From positions 1 to 64,000 of the forward strand of contig CAVUVW010000014.1 in the NCBI GenBank assembly GCA_963745035.1: a stretch of DNA of 64,000 nucleotides. Reading direction: 5' to 3'. Numbering within the stretch: the stretch's first letter is position 1; the number at the start of each line of letters is the position of its first letter. The DNA comes from an uncultured delta proteobacterium (GTDB lineage Bacteria > Desulfobacterota > Binatia > UBA9968). Shown here in pieces: positions 33,104 through 44,501 of this stretch. The position numbers and the translations under genes are program-made. Below the pieces are notes generated by a model. The model made no database searches. It worked only from the letters and a program-made list of their open reading frames with translations, and was not told where the DNA came from.

Positions 33104-33961
33104 TTACTGCGTCCGCAAAGCGCTTCTTACCGCGTCGGAAAGCGTTGTCGTAGGCCTGCTTATTAATCCGCTGAGATCGCAGGACGTGCTATCCAGGTCT
33201 CCCCGAATCGCCTTTGTATCAGCATCGATAATCACATCGATGCTCATCTGTGGCAGTCCGAAACCGAGCAGGATGGCCGCATAATCCGCGCCGGAGAGGT
33301 TCCGGTAGGGAATATCTCGACCAATTTGCCTGGACACCTCGGCAGCGAGCTCAGCCATCGAAAAGGATTGGTCTCCAGCCAGCTCGTAGGTCTTGCTTGC
33401 CGAAACGGGCTGCGTGAGGACGACAACCGCCGCTGCTGCATAGTCGGCGCGCGATGCCGATGCGAACCTCCCGTCGTTGGAGCTTCCGATTAGTGCACCG
33501 TGCTCTACAGCGTTGCCGAGAGCTGATGTGTGATTTTCCAGGTACCAGCCGTTTCGAAGAATCACGAAGGGCAGACCGGAAGCCCGAATGTACTCTTCCG
33601 TTTGTTTATGTTCTCGAGCGAGGAACATCTCCGAACTGTCGGCGTGAAGCAGGCTGGTATACACAAACAGTTCCACTCCCGCTTCCTTCGCCGCGTCAAT
33701 CACTTCTTTGTGCAGCTTGAATCTCTGATCGACTTCGGCTGCTGAAATGAGCAGGACCCTCTTCACACCATGAAGCGCGGTGCTTAGGGTTTCCGGGCGG
33801 GTGTAGTCAGCTTCACGCACCTGCACGCCAAGCGTTGCAAGGCGGGAAGCTTTCTCGGGATTACGTACGGCTGCAATTATCTGATTCGCGGACACTCGCT
33901 CTAATAGTCCCTCGATTACGAGTTGCCCTAGATGTCCATTCGCGCCAGTGACTGCGATCAT
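33104..33961 (-). CDS. atypical SDR, NAD(P)H:quinone oxidoreductase (QorB/YtfG-like)
   Basis: MIAVTGANGHLG, ADY, YTSLLHAD, LRNGWYLEN, YELAGD. Confidence 0.85.
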   Translation of the reverse strand: MIAVTGANGHLGQLVIEGLLERVSANQIIAAVRNPEKASRLATLGVQVREADYTRPETLSTALHGVKRVLLISAAEVDQRFKLHKEVIDAAKEAGVELFVYTSLLHADSSEMFLAREHKQTEEYIRASGLPFVILRNGWYLENHTSALGNAVEHGALIGSSNDGRFASASRADYAAAAVVVLTQPVSASKTYELAGDQSFSMAELAAEVSRQIGRDIPYRNLSGADYAAILLGFGLPQMSIDVIIDADTKAIRGDLDSTSCDLSGLISRPTTTLSDAVRSALRTQ

Positions 33962-34018
33962 TGTGTCCTCTCAGAACCGTGAAGAAATTGCCTATCGGTT
34001 GGGATGGCTACATTTCAC

Positions 34019-34792
34019 TTAAAGGCGCGTCTCAGTGTGCCGCGCTATGACTGGCGCCTGCCGGCTTTTCAGGCGAAAGCTGGGATCAAACTTAAGCTCG
34101 CGGAGTGCCTTTGCGATCGAGACAAAGCCATCGTCCTCGGCGATGTTGAATATGCCTGGTTTGCCTCGGTCGATCGCGAGCAAGGCCGCATGGGCCGCTG
34201 CGTCGACGTGCAGAGGCGCCGGTCGGTTCGGCTCATCGCTGCCGGTTCCCGGTCCGTATATTTGACCGTAACGCAGCACCAAGCCTTCAAGGGGAGGCGA
34301 CATGGTTGTCAATTGTTCGAGCGTCGCAACGCCTTCCACAACGATCGCGTTAGGTGCTTCGGCGCGGAGATCCAGCGGAGCATTTTCAGAATAGGGTTGA
34401 GGCCCATCCGCGTAGACCCAACAAGCCAAGCTTTGGGCGATAATTCGGCGGACACCGGCTTCAAGAGCCGCCGCAACCAGATTGCGCGTTCCCTCGATGC
34501 GGATACGCGTAGTGCGCGCAATGCCTTCTGCCATGCCGCTCGGTTCAAGATTAGCGGGAAGATCCGTGAGTTGATTTATGACGATTTCCGGGCGAACCGC
34601 AGTCATTGCTCGGGACAACGCCGGCGCATCGAACACGTCGACGACGATGGGTGTGACGCCGGCGGTCTTAAGCTCGGCGACTTTTCTCTCTGAGCGAGTC
34701 GTTCCGAAAACTTCACAACCCGCGTCGAGCAACTGCGGCACAAGCCGCTTGCCGATCGCTCCGGTTGCACCGGCGAGAAATACCTTTGCCAT
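34019..34792 (-). CDS. NAD-dependent epimerase/dehydratase family protein
   Basis: VFLAGATGAIG, INQLT.L, LRYG.IYGPG, HVDAAA. Confidence 0.85.
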   Translation of the reverse strand: MAKVFLAGATGAIGKRLVPQLLDAGCEVFGTTRSERKVAELKTAGVTPIVVDVFDAPALSRAMTAVRPEIVINQLTDLPANLEPSGMAEGIARTTRIRIEGTRNLVAAALEAGVRRIIAQSLACWVYADGPQPYSENAPLDLRAEAPNAIVVEGVATLEQLTTMSPPLEGLVLRYGQIYGPGTGSDEPNRPAPLHVDAAAHAALLAIDRGKPGIFNIAEDDGFVSIAKALRELKFDPSFRLKSRQAPVIARHTETRL

Positions 34793-34886
34793 GTTTGTTT
34801 CTCCTGTGTGTTGGTTCGCTGGTTGAGCCAGCGCTCTATGTTTATTGCGCCTTCACGGCGCGCAATTGCAGTTCGGCCAAAAACTC

Positions 34887-35862
34887 TCAGTCTGCTTCAG
34901 CGAACTCCTCGGGTGCGATCGACAAAGGGCGCGCGCTACGCTCATGCACATGTGAAGTAGGCGTGCGGTCAATCAACAGGCTGAGCAGTTCCGGGCGACT
35001 GTAGTGGCCGCGCGAATCCATCTTCCGTTTACGCTTGTCGATCAAAGAGAAATCAAGATCGGCAATCACCACGCCTTCACCGGAGCGCAGAGGCTCACCC
35101 ATCAATTCGCCTTGTCGGCGAGACAATCGCGGTAAAGCAGCCACTGGAGATCGGGCCGATGGGGCATCCCGTGTCCTGCATGATCTGAGCCTGCTGATCG
35201 GCATTCAGCCAAGCGGTGGCGTTGACGACGAAGCAACCGGACTCCAGTGCGTGTTGGCGGATGTTGACCTGGGTCTGCTCGGAGAAAAGGTCGCCCCCAA
35301 ACGATCCGGGATACATCGCCGAATGAATCTGCTCGCCATCAGCCATCAATGCGTAACGGGCCAGCGGGTTGTAATGCTCCCAGCACGCCAACTGACCGAT
35401 GCGCCCGACTGCGCTGTCGACAGCCTGCAGTCCGGAACCGTCGCCCTGCCCCCAGATCATGCGTTCATGGTAGGTCGGGGAAATCTTGCGGCGACGCTGA
35501 ATCAAGGTGCCGTCAGCATCGAACAGCAACTGCGTGTTATAGAGCGTGCCACCATCGCGCTCGTTGACGCCAATGGACACCACCATCCCGGCTTGCTTGC
35601 AGGCTTCGCCGATGGCGTGAGTGGCGGCCGACGGTACGGTCACTGCTTGTTCAAGTAACCTGAGGTGTTGCGCGCCCATCTCGAAAGGCCGCTGTACAAA
35701 GGAGAAATAGGGGTAGTAGGGCACTACCGTCTCCGGAAAAGTGGCGAACTGCACGCCCTGGCGACCAAGCTCAATGATTTTCTGAACAACCTTGTCCACT
35801 GTGCCTTCGCGGCTGTAAAGCACAGGGCTGATTTGTACGGCGGCGGCTTTTATGATGGTCAT
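34887..35862 (-). CDS. nitrilase (carbon-nitrogen hydrolase), frameshift near 35110
   Basis: [21 protein letters not shown] (Glu-Lys-Cys triad); C-terminus [13 protein letters not shown] in another frame. Confidence 0.85.
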
Positions 35863-35952
35863 GTGAAAATCCTTTCTTGCTTGATTGTTGAAAACTGAGA
35901 TATTCGGTAATACCCCAATGATTATTTCAGGTTCAGTTGCTCTCAGACTCAT

Positions 35953-36441
35953 TTAGCCGCCGCGGCCAACAAAGCTTCCACTTTGGCGTCTAATTCCTGC
36001 GCCACTTTCAAGGAGTCGGCGTTTCCGTAGGAAGCCGAAAACTGGCCATCCGATCGTAAGAAAGATGCACACCGTCCGTGCGTTCGTCGATCAAAATTGT
36101 GACCGGCGCATAGGAACCTGCATCCGGTACGTGCTCGACCATTTGCTTCATGATGAGCGGATTGCCGATGACCAGACGCAGACTCCGCGGCGCCTGCTTC
36201 CCGCGATCCTTTCGCAAGATCTCACCGAGATCGAAACGGATGAACTCCATAAAATCCGACGGGCCGATCGCGTTGTGCACCAGCGCTTCTATTCCGCAAA
36301 GGACTTTGCCGACTCGACATTCTTCAGAAACACCCTCACATCGGGATGGCTGATAGTGGCATCGATGGCTTTGACAACGTCGCCAAACGACTTTGAAGAA
36401 GTGATACTGAACCGCTGCACGTGAAATTGCGTTATTACCAT
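35953..36441 (-). pseudogene. DUF302-domain protein with several frameshifts
   Basis: IGNPLIMKQM..HVPDAGSYAPVTILIDE..DGVHLSYD; ATG at 36441 with GAGG RBS; segments in different frames. Confidence 0.65.
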
Positions 36442-36495
36442 TTGTTACCTCGTTAGCGCTTGGTTCATTTCTCTAACCGCACGACTGCTATAGAG

Positions 36496-36511
36496 AGCAA
36501 CGCATGTGCCA
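36496..36511 (-). promoter_or_regulatory. sigma54 -24/-12 promoter for the DUF302-nitrilase operon
   Basis: minus strand TGGCACATGCGTTGCT matches TGGCAC-N5-TTGC[AT]; divergent sigma54 activator adjacent. Confidence 0.8.
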
Positions 36512-36702
36512 GAACAGATCAATGTCGAAAATTCTAATCGGAGTCGGCGCCTGCGTGGCGTTTTGGCGGGCAACCAGTTCGTATTTCTAGAGCAATAGTT
36601 ACGAACCGAACCTTCAGAAAAAAACTATTTAAAGCCCGTCGTCGAAGAAACGATTGTGCTCGATGGATTGCGCATGCTCGTCCCGCAATTCGTAGACGAT
36701 AA

Positions 36703-36760
36703 ACCACAAAGTTTCGTGGTGACCTCAAGATTTCGTTGAACGACAAACAAAATTCGTTGT
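36703..36760. promoter_or_regulatory. candidate upstream activator sequences for the sigma54 activator
   Basis: imperfect palindrome ACCACAAAGTTTCGTGGT plus two further CAA-N2-3-TTCGTTG repeats about 200 bp upstream of the promoter. Confidence 0.4.
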
Positions 36761-36784
36761 AAGGTTGTTTAGGGGAGTGACTGA

Positions 36785-38388
36785 ATGATCGCTGAGCCCA
36801 TACTTTCCCTAGCTGCTTCCGTCGCTGCCGAGCACAGCGTTCAAGGCGTCCTTGACTCGATAGTACGCGGCCTTGCCGCACAGCCTCATGTCGCCTTGGC
36901 GCGAATATGGCTTCTATCTCCTGGGGATATTTGTGATTCGTGCTTCATGCGCGCCGAGTGCGCTGATCAGACCCAGTGCCTTCAACTAATGGCGAGTGCT
37001 GGAAATCCCGCCAATTCACCCGGGGAGGATTGGACTTTTCTGCAGGGTCACTTTCGCCGCATGCCTCTCAACGCGACGAAGGTCGGAGAAGTCGGGACCA
37101 CCGAAAATCCCATTTTGATCAAAGACTTCGCTCCCGAGAACCATTGGATCAGTCGAACTGATTGGGCGAGACGCGAAGGTATCCGCAGCTTCGTCGGACA
37201 TCCGTTAGTGTTCCAGGGGAAAATCCTCGGCGTTCTTGCGCTATTCAGCCGTGAACCTCTCGTTGAACAAGAATCGACTTGGATCGGTGTCTTCGCCAAA
37301 CAAGCAGCCGTTGCTATCGCCAATGCCCGTGCTTTTGAAGAAATTGCCCAGCTCCGAAAGCAGTTGGAGATCGAGAATGACTATCTGCACGAGCAGGTCA
37401 AGGAAACTTTCGCATTTGGTGAAATCGTCGGTAAAGAGGCCGCGCTTCAAAAAGTGCTTCAACAAGTTCGGATGGTGGCGCGCACTAGTGCCACTGTAAT
37501 GATCGGGGGTGAATCGGGCACGGGTAAGGAACTCATTGCCCGCGCGATCCATGACGGAAGTCCGAGGCGCGATCGTCCTATGGTTACCGTTAACTGCGCC
37601 TCTGTGCCGAGGGAGCTGTTCGAAAGCGAATTCTTCGGTCACGTGAAGGGCGCCTTCACAGGCGCCTTACGCGATCGCACCGGCCGATTTCAGCTGGCCG
37701 ATAAGGGAACCATTTTTCTCGACGAGGTGGGGAAATCCCAATCGAGCTGCAGAGCAAGCTGCTCCGCGTATTGCAAGAAGGACAGTTCGAGCGTGTGGGT
37801 GATGATCAGACGCGCCATATAGACGTGCGCATCATCTCGGCGACAAATCGGGACCTCAGTCACGAAGTAGAAGCTGGCCACTTTCGCCGGGATATTTACT
37901 ACCGGCTCTGCATGTTCCCTATCCATATGCCTCCCTTGCGCGACCGGCGTCAGGACATCGGACCGTTGGCCGTTCATTTTCTCAAACTCAGCTGCCGCCG
38001 ATTGAATTGTCCCGACGTGCGGCTCACCGAACACGCCATTGAGCTTCTTTTCCGCCTACGATTGGCCTGGCAACGTGCGTGAATTGCAGAATGTGATCGA
38101 GCGCGCCGTGATTCTTTCGCAGTCCGGCCCCTTACGGATCGACCTAGTGCTGGGTGATACGGCATCGACGCCGGGCATTGCGCCTTCGCATTTCCAGACT
38201 AACACGTCAGCGCGGATAGTAGTGTCGAAGCAGGAAATAGATCGCCGGGAGCACGAGAACATAATCGCTGCTTCGAAAAAACTGGGGGAAGGGTTTATGG
38301 ATCTGGTGGCGCCGCTGAAATTTTAGGAATGAAGCCGACTACGCTCGCTTACCGGCTCAAGAAGATGGGCATCAAAAGACCGCTGTAA
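36785..38388 (+). CDS. sigma54-dependent activator (GAF + AAA+ + Fis HTH, FhlA-like), frameshifts near 37730, 38048 and 38270-38290
   Basis: [38 protein letters not shown], terminal HTH '[17 protein letters not shown]' spread over different frames. Confidence 0.85.
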
Positions 38389-38486
38389 GCAGTCCGCAAA
38401 TCCCCTTTTATTATTCCAGAGGGGACTTTAAGATTGCAAGCTTTCGCAAACTCAGATCAGCGATAACGAGCGCAGCAGGCAATCGC

Positions 38487-38527
38487 GGGGTCAGGTCTTG
38501 CAGTGACACACACTAGTGTCCAAGACT
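38487..38527 (+). repeat. GGGTCAGGTCTTGCA-type REP-like hairpin
   Basis: ggggtcagGTCTTGcagtGACACacactaGTGTCCAAGAC. Confidence 0.65.
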
Positions 38528-38827
38528 CAGCTCTAGTTCGGGTCGGACCGCTGAGAGGCGATGGGCGATCGGTTACGTGATTCAACCTGCCGGTTCCAAT
38601 CGGACGAGTTGTCTCCGCGCTAGGTGCGCCTCAAGCTGGGCTTTTTCGCGGAGGCGCGATGTACTTGACGGTGATCGGCGAGAGGTCTCTCGGACGATCA
38701 TGACCTCGATGATTGTGCACGGCCGCCCACAGACGCGCCAGCGGGACAGAGTAAAGAACTCTCGTCCGATCACGGAACCAGGCATCTTCTGCCTGAGATG
38801 CGGCTGCATAACAGAAGGGATGCGAAC

Positions 38828-40234
38828 ATGGGACACGCGCACATCGGGGTATGCTTGGGATTGGTTATCGCCGTCGTGGCGGCGGGCTATGGTCGAGTTC
38901 TCGTCGCGGGCGAGGCGGTCGCGACCGTCGGCGGACGCGGCTATCTGATTCAGAACGCCTCGCTCGTGCTCACGATGGATCCGAACCTCGGAGACAGGAG
39001 CATCCTCGGACAGCTCGAGAATGGCGACGTCCTCATCGTCGGCGACCAGATTGCCGCTGTGGGGGTTAAGCTCTCGGCACCATCTGGGGTGAAGGTGATC
39101 GACGGCCGTGGGATGGTCGTCATGCCCGGCTTCGTCGATACCCATGACCACCTCTGGCAGTCGCTCATCCGCGGATGCGCTGCCGATGACGATCTCAATG
39201 GCTGGCTCAACCGCTGCGTGTTCCCGTTCAACACCAGCCCGTTCAGCGAGACCGATGCCTATGCCGGTGTGCGTCTCAGCGCCACAGGCCTGATCGATAC
39301 GGGCGTGACCACCGCGGTTGACTGGTCGCACGCGTTCAATCCCGGCTTCGTGCGCGGCAACCTGCGCGCTCTCACCGACTCGAAGATGCGGTTCGTGTTT
39401 GCGATGTTCGGCGCCCAGAGCGACGGCTCGGACATCATCGCGGCCAAGAAGGAGTTCATCGATGACAACCCGCTTGCTACGCTCCAGGTCGCCACTCACC
39501 CCGCTCCCTTCCTCGCGACCCACGTCGAAGACATGACGGCGGTCGCTCAGTTGCTCGGGGTCAAGCTCCACGTCCACCTGCTCGAGGACATCAGCCAGGT
39601 GGGCGAAGATCCGCTGGGAGTGTTGCAGGCTGCCGGCGCGTTGGCCCTCGGCCGTGACCTGTACACCGCCCACAGCATCCACCTGGGCGACGGCAACATC
39701 GAGACCCTCAAGACCCTCAACGCTGCGGTGTCCCACCAGCCGCTCAGCAACATGCGGCTCGCCTCGGGCATCATGCGCTATCCGGACATTCAGGAGGCTG
39801 GGCTCCGCATCGGCCTCGGGCTCGATGGCGGCACCAACGACACTACCGACGCGTTCAACAACATGCGCGCCGCGGTCGGCCTCCAGCGCGCCACGTCGCG
39901 CGACGCCGACCAGTCGCCCACCGTGGCCGAGGTGCTTCGCGCGGCCACCCTGGGCGGCGCCGAAGCGCTGGACATGCAGCACAAGATCGGCTCGCTGACC
40001 CGGGGCAAGCAGGCCGACCTTATCGTGATCGAACAACGCGCGCTCAACTTCGCTCCGCTGCTCCACCCCGTCAACCAGATCGTCTTCAACGGCCAGCCGC
40101 AGAACGTCAAGTGGGTGTTCGTGGCCGGCCGCGCACTCAAGGAGAAAGGCAGGGTAATGGGCGTGAACCACGGCGCGTTGCTCAAGGCTGCCCAGGCCGC
40201 GAGCAGCCACATCAAGCCGTTCATCCAGCCGTGA
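38828..40234 (+). CDS. metal-dependent amidohydrolase (Atz/Trz/SAH-deaminase-like) with N-terminal hydrophobic segment
   Basis: PGFVDTHDH, HVHLLE, AHSIH, GLDG, ATLGGAEAL, GSL..GKQAD. Confidence 0.9.
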   Translation: MGHAHIGVCLGLVIAVVAAGYGRVLVAGEAVATVGGRGYLIQNASLVLTMDPNLGDRSILGQLENGDVLIVGDQIAAVGVKLSAPSGVKVIDGRGMVVMPGFVDTHDHLWQSLIRGCAADDDLNGWLNRCVFPFNTSPFSETDAYAGVRLSATGLIDTGVTTAVDWSHAFNPGFVRGNLRALTDSKMRFVFAMFGAQSDGSDIIAAKKEFIDDNPLATLQVATHPAPFLATHVEDMTAVAQLLGVKLHVHLLEDISQVGEDPLGVLQAAGALALGRDLYTAHSIHLGDGNIETLKTLNAAVSHQPLSNMRLASGIMRYPDIQEAGLRIGLGLDGGTNDTTDAFNNMRAAVGLQRATSRDADQSPTVAEVLRAATLGGAEALDMQHKIGSLTRGKQADLIVIEQRALNFAPLLHPVNQIVFNGQPQNVKWVFVAGRALKEKGRVMGVNHGALLKAAQAASSHIKPFIQP

Positions 40235-40528
40235 CCACTTCTAAAATTCCCTTGATATTACTCTTTAGCGGACTTAGGAATACAACGCGTGATTGACCGC
40301 CGAGCGAGAAGCATTTTGTTCGATACGTATTGGTCAGCGTCTGGATGGAAGGGCTCCTCTGAAGGAACCGAGCCCAGACGATTTAGCGAAAATGGTAACG
40401 GAGTCTTTGCTAGCAGCGAGACCTTGAACGGCGGCTTTGGCGAGAGTGAAATTGGTCTCGGGTTGCATGGCCAATCGCATCAAATCTTGCGTCCGGAGAA
40501 TGAGATCCCTCTAGAGGATGATGCAACA

Positions 40529-41452
40529 ATGCCAAACAAGAACTTTAGTAGAATTCTATTAGCATTCAGTATGGTTTTATTCCTTTGCCTCGCGTGTTCT
40601 CGTGCTTTCGCTGTATTCAGAGGTGAACCTGACGCGGGAGAACATCCTTTCGCAGGACTCGCTTATATATTTATTCCCGCCAGTAACAACTATACCACTT
40701 GTAGTGGCTCGCTGGTGAATGCACCGAATCTCCCAGATCGCCAAGTCTTCTTGACGGCGGGGCATTGCATCTTTTTTGCAGAAGTATTGGGCGGTGGAAC
40801 TCGCTGGAATGTCACGTTTGATGAAACGCCAGAAATGGACTTTGCCGATCCGACCTCTCGGTTTCCAACATCACTCTCACCCGACCACACATACGCTGGT
40901 ACTGGTTATACGGATTTTTCTACGAAGAGCAGTGGTCTTGGGGTTGGGAGTGGAAAAGGGGATTACGGCATTATCCTCCTTGATCGCCCAGTCGATAAAA
41001 GCATTGTTCCACAACCTGCGGAACTTCCGGCAATTGGCCTGGTGGATGATTTATTCGGGCCACATGGTACGGCAGATACACGTGAAATTACTATGGTTGG
41101 ATATGGTATTGAAATGTGGAGTACAGGTGGTGGTGGTCCAGCAGTAGTCGTCAATGGGCCTCGTGAAAAATCTGTCATTACTTTGGATATTTTAAGCATT
41201 CAAAATTGGAACATACTGGAGCAAATGGGACTTCAACAGGGAGATATGACGGCTTGTAATGGAGATTCAGGTGCACCTGGTATTGTTACTCAAGAGGACA
41301 TTGACATAGTGGTCGCCATCACTGCCAATGGCGATTCGCACTGTCGTGCGACTAATACCATGACTCGCGTTGACACACAGGATTTTCGTAATTTCCTGAG
41401 CAAGTTAGGTACAACACGACGACATAAACCGGTAAAACAAACTCGGTGGTGA
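40529..41452 (+). CDS. secreted trypsin-like (S1) serine protease
   Basis: CSGSL, LTAGHC (His), DYGII (Asp), CNGDSGAP (Ser); signal peptide; visibly AT-richer than the flanks. Confidence 0.85.
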   Translation: MPNKNFSRILLAFSMVLFLCLACSRAFAVFRGEPDAGEHPFAGLAYIFIPASNNYTTCSGSLVNAPNLPDRQVFLTAGHCIFFAEVLGGGTRWNVTFDETPEMDFADPTSRFPTSLSPDHTYAGTGYTDFSTKSSGLGVGSGKGDYGIILLDRPVDKSIVPQPAELPAIGLVDDLFGPHGTADTREITMVGYGIEMWSTGGGGPAVVVNGPREKSVITLDILSIQNWNILEQMGLQQGDMTACNGDSGAPGIVTQEDIDIVVAITANGDSHCRATNTMTRVDTQDFRNFLSKLGTTRRHKPVKQTRW

Positions 41453-41641
41453 GCACAACGATTTGAAAGCCCTACGTTCTACGTGCTCTTCGCGATCTTC
41501 GTGGTGAAAGGTTTGTCGCGTCTTTTGGTTGTGGCTTTGCCGCGGCTGTAGCTCCATCGATGACATCGCCGTGATCGAAGGCCGCGCCCGCCGGAGATTT
41601 ACGAGAACGTAAAGAGACACAAGGCAGAATAAATTGTTCTT

Positions 41642-42523
41642 TTATCCTTCGACCTTTCTGATGCTCTTGTACCACTCCAGAATTTCTTCGCCTGTCCAAA
41701 AGAGAACGCCGCGCTGCTTTTTCAAATAAGCCAGGGTCTTGTCGAGGTACTTGATCCGGTGTGGCACGCCGCTGATATAGGGATGGACCACGATCGCCAT
41801 CACGCGGGCGCTCTTCGCGCCTTCGGCATAAAGCGTCTCGAACTGATCCTTGGCGCGGCGAAAAAACTCCTCAGGCTCATGGTGCTGCAGAATCATCATC
41901 GCGATATCATTCAGCTCCACGCTGTACGGCAGCGAGACGAGCGGTCCATGGGCGGTCTTGATCTCGTAAGGTTGCTCGTCGTTGACCCAGTCCGCGACAT
42001 ACTGAAATCCGGCCTCCGCCAGATAATCGAGGGTTTCCGGCGTCTCAACGAGGCCCGGGCCTTCCCATCCTGAGGGCGTTTTTCCGGTAAATTTGCGGAT
42101 CTCCTCAACGGATTTGCGAATGATCTCCCGTTGGTTCTCTGCCTGACTCAAAGATTGCTGGATGAATCCGTGACCCAGGAACTCCCAGCCGGCTTCTCGC
42201 GAAGCTTCAGCGATTCTAGGATAGGTGGAGCAAACGGCGCCATTGATTCCCATGGTGACTTTGATCTTGTGTTTGTCGAACACCGACTTCAGGCGCCAGA
42301 ATCCAACGCGCATGCCGTATTCGAACCAGCCAAAGTTAGCCACGTCAGGAATGGCCTGAGCCCCGCCTGGCGGCGGCAGGACCGTGCGCGGCATCGGTGC
42401 TTGGATATCCCACACCTCGACATTGACAATAGTCCACACCACCACTCGAGCAGATTTCGGGAGACGCAGTGGCGGCCGATCGATGATCGCCGAATAAGGA
42501 ATCTGGTCGCGCGGAAATGCCAT
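41642..42523 (-). CDS. polysaccharide-deacetylase family protein (PuuE / allantoinase-like)
   Basis: VNVEVW, EYGMRVGFWRL, EFLGHG, GWEGPG, DEQPY, HPYISGVPHR. Confidence 0.85.
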   Translation of the reverse strand: MAFPRDQIPYSAIIDRPPLRLPKSARVVVWTIVNVEVWDIQAPMPRTVLPPPGGAQAIPDVANFGWFEYGMRVGFWRLKSVFDKHKIKVTMGINGAVCSTYPRIAEASREAGWEFLGHGFIQQSLSQAENQREIIRKSVEEIRKFTGKTPSGWEGPGLVETPETLDYLAEAGFQYVADWVNDEQPYEIKTAHGPLVSLPYSVELNDIAMMILQHHEPEEFFRRAKDQFETLYAEGAKSARVMAIVVHPYISGVPHRIKYLDKTLAYLKKQRGVLFWTGEEILEWYKSIRKVEG

Positions 42524-42669
42524 GATAGCCCTCGTTGGTGACGCGATTACGTTGTCTTCAATGAACGCGGTTTGATTCGCCTAAAAGCTATTCCCACACT
42601 GCCTAGAGTCCGTGGTTCCCGAATGATTCTATCGCGAATCCGAGACCGGAGTCGGCGACTCTCGGCGTC

Positions 42670-44380
42670 TCAATGCTCGAGATGAAACTGAACACGAGAG
42701 CGACCATCGATTCGGTCGGACTTGATCCGGTCAACGTAGTTCCTTATCAGAAAACCCGCCAGCTTCACGACCGCTCGCTCATCCCCCAACAGGTCCGTTT
42801 CCGTAGGCCGCGCGCTCGGAAATTCCATCGGCTCCCCCTCGTAGCGCATGTCGATATCGAGACTGAACTCATCAAAACTCACGTCAGCGTCGATCCTGCC
42901 GATGTTCGGCTCGAGCAGGCTTACGGCTTCGATGAATTCGTTCATCGCAGACTTGGCGCGGTCGATCACTTCCCTGCGCGCACCCCACCCTCCGCCCTGC
43001 TTTTCCATAAACACGAATATCTGATCTGAAGAATCCGCGCGCGGGTCGATTTGCAGCTTCGCATGTTGCGCGATGCCGATGCGAAACAAGAGGTTCAAGA
43101 ACATTGCCGACAACGTGGCCACCGAAAGCGAGGAAGTAAAGGCGGGCAGAAAAATGGCTAGGGACACTTTGGTAGGCGCCGGGCATCAGGTCCACGCTTA
43201 ACCCCAAGGCGACTGACGCGCCGACCACGAGTGTCTTGCGGGCATCCATCATGCGCGAGCTAAGAATCTGAACTCCGGCAACGATCATGAAGCTAGCCGC
43301 GAAAAACAGAAGAGCTCCGATCACCGGACTCGGCATGATGGCAAACAATACCGTCAGCTTAGGCACAAAGGCCAAAACTATCAGAATTGCGCCGCAAGCA
43401 AACCCAATCCGGCGGCTTGTCGCACCGGTCGCAATGGAGAGACCGACGTTGGCGCTGGAGGTCGACTGTCCCATGGTTCCTACTCCTCCGGACAACATCA
43501 CACCGCAAGCATCCGCAAGGATGCCGCCACTGATAGACTTCATATCCGGCCTCTTCCACTCAGCATCGTTTACTTTTTGACATGTCGTCAAGTCACCCAC
43601 GGCCTTAAGCGATGAGGCCAACGCCGTCACCATAAAGGGGACCAGCAATGCGCCGCTAAAGGACCAGCCTTCTCCTGGAAAAGACGGCAGAGCGAGAAGA
43701 GAGGCCTGCTCTAAACGCCGTAAGTGTTCATCGGTCACTAGACCACTGGCATAAGCGCAGAGCGAGCCAGCACCGATTCCGATCAAAACGCCATACAACC
43801 GCAGCCTCGATGAGCCCCACACGGTCACGCCAACCATGACGAAGAAAGTGATGGAAGCTATACTCACCGAGAGCGGATCAATAACCATGCGCGACTTTTC
43901 GATTCCTAAAAACCTCGAGACCGCTACAGGAATGAGCGCGAGACCGACCATCATCACGATCGTGCCGGTAACCTCGGCAGGAAAAAAGGGCCGGAGACGG
44001 CCCATGAGACGAGAGAGCACCACGCCGAAGAGACCGCTCACCAGAGTCATTCCCGCCAACAGCGGAAGGCCGCCAGTCTTGACCGCCAGAATAGAGACCG
44101 GGATATATGCGGGGCCCACCTGCTCGGGACAGAGATAACCGGATCCTATACGTTCATACCGGAGCGTTTGCAGAATCGTCGCAATCCCCATGACGATCAT
44201 CGATGCGTGGATCATCCGTTCCGCCTGCGCGGCAAGCATTCCGGTCTCCTGCAGAAGGATCACAGGATAAACGAAGGCACTGGACAGGGCGAGAATATGC
44301 TGTAGACCGAGCAAAACTGTGGTTGCTAGTGACGGACTTTCATCGACGCCATAAATCAAATTGGCCGGCTTCTTGGCCAT
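42670..44380 (-). CDS. NCS2 (xanthine/uracil-type) permease with C-terminal HATPase-like domain, copy 2; frameshift near 43155
   Basis: LIYGVDE.P, LQH, ANVG...TG NAT motif, MPSPVIG; colinear with copy 1 once the frame is restored. Confidence 0.85.
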
Positions 44381-44501
44381 GGCAGATTGTTAGTTTATGG
44401 AGCGAGCACTCCATACTGGCTGGCAGTTTTCTCCTAAACGACTTCGAATCGCCGCTGAGATTTTGGTCGCAAGTCGGTTGGAGTCAGCAGACCTCGGCGT
44501 C

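Noticed and set aside
38582-40210. 542 aa minus-strand ORF
   Set aside because: Antisense shadow of the GC-rich amidohydrolase gene
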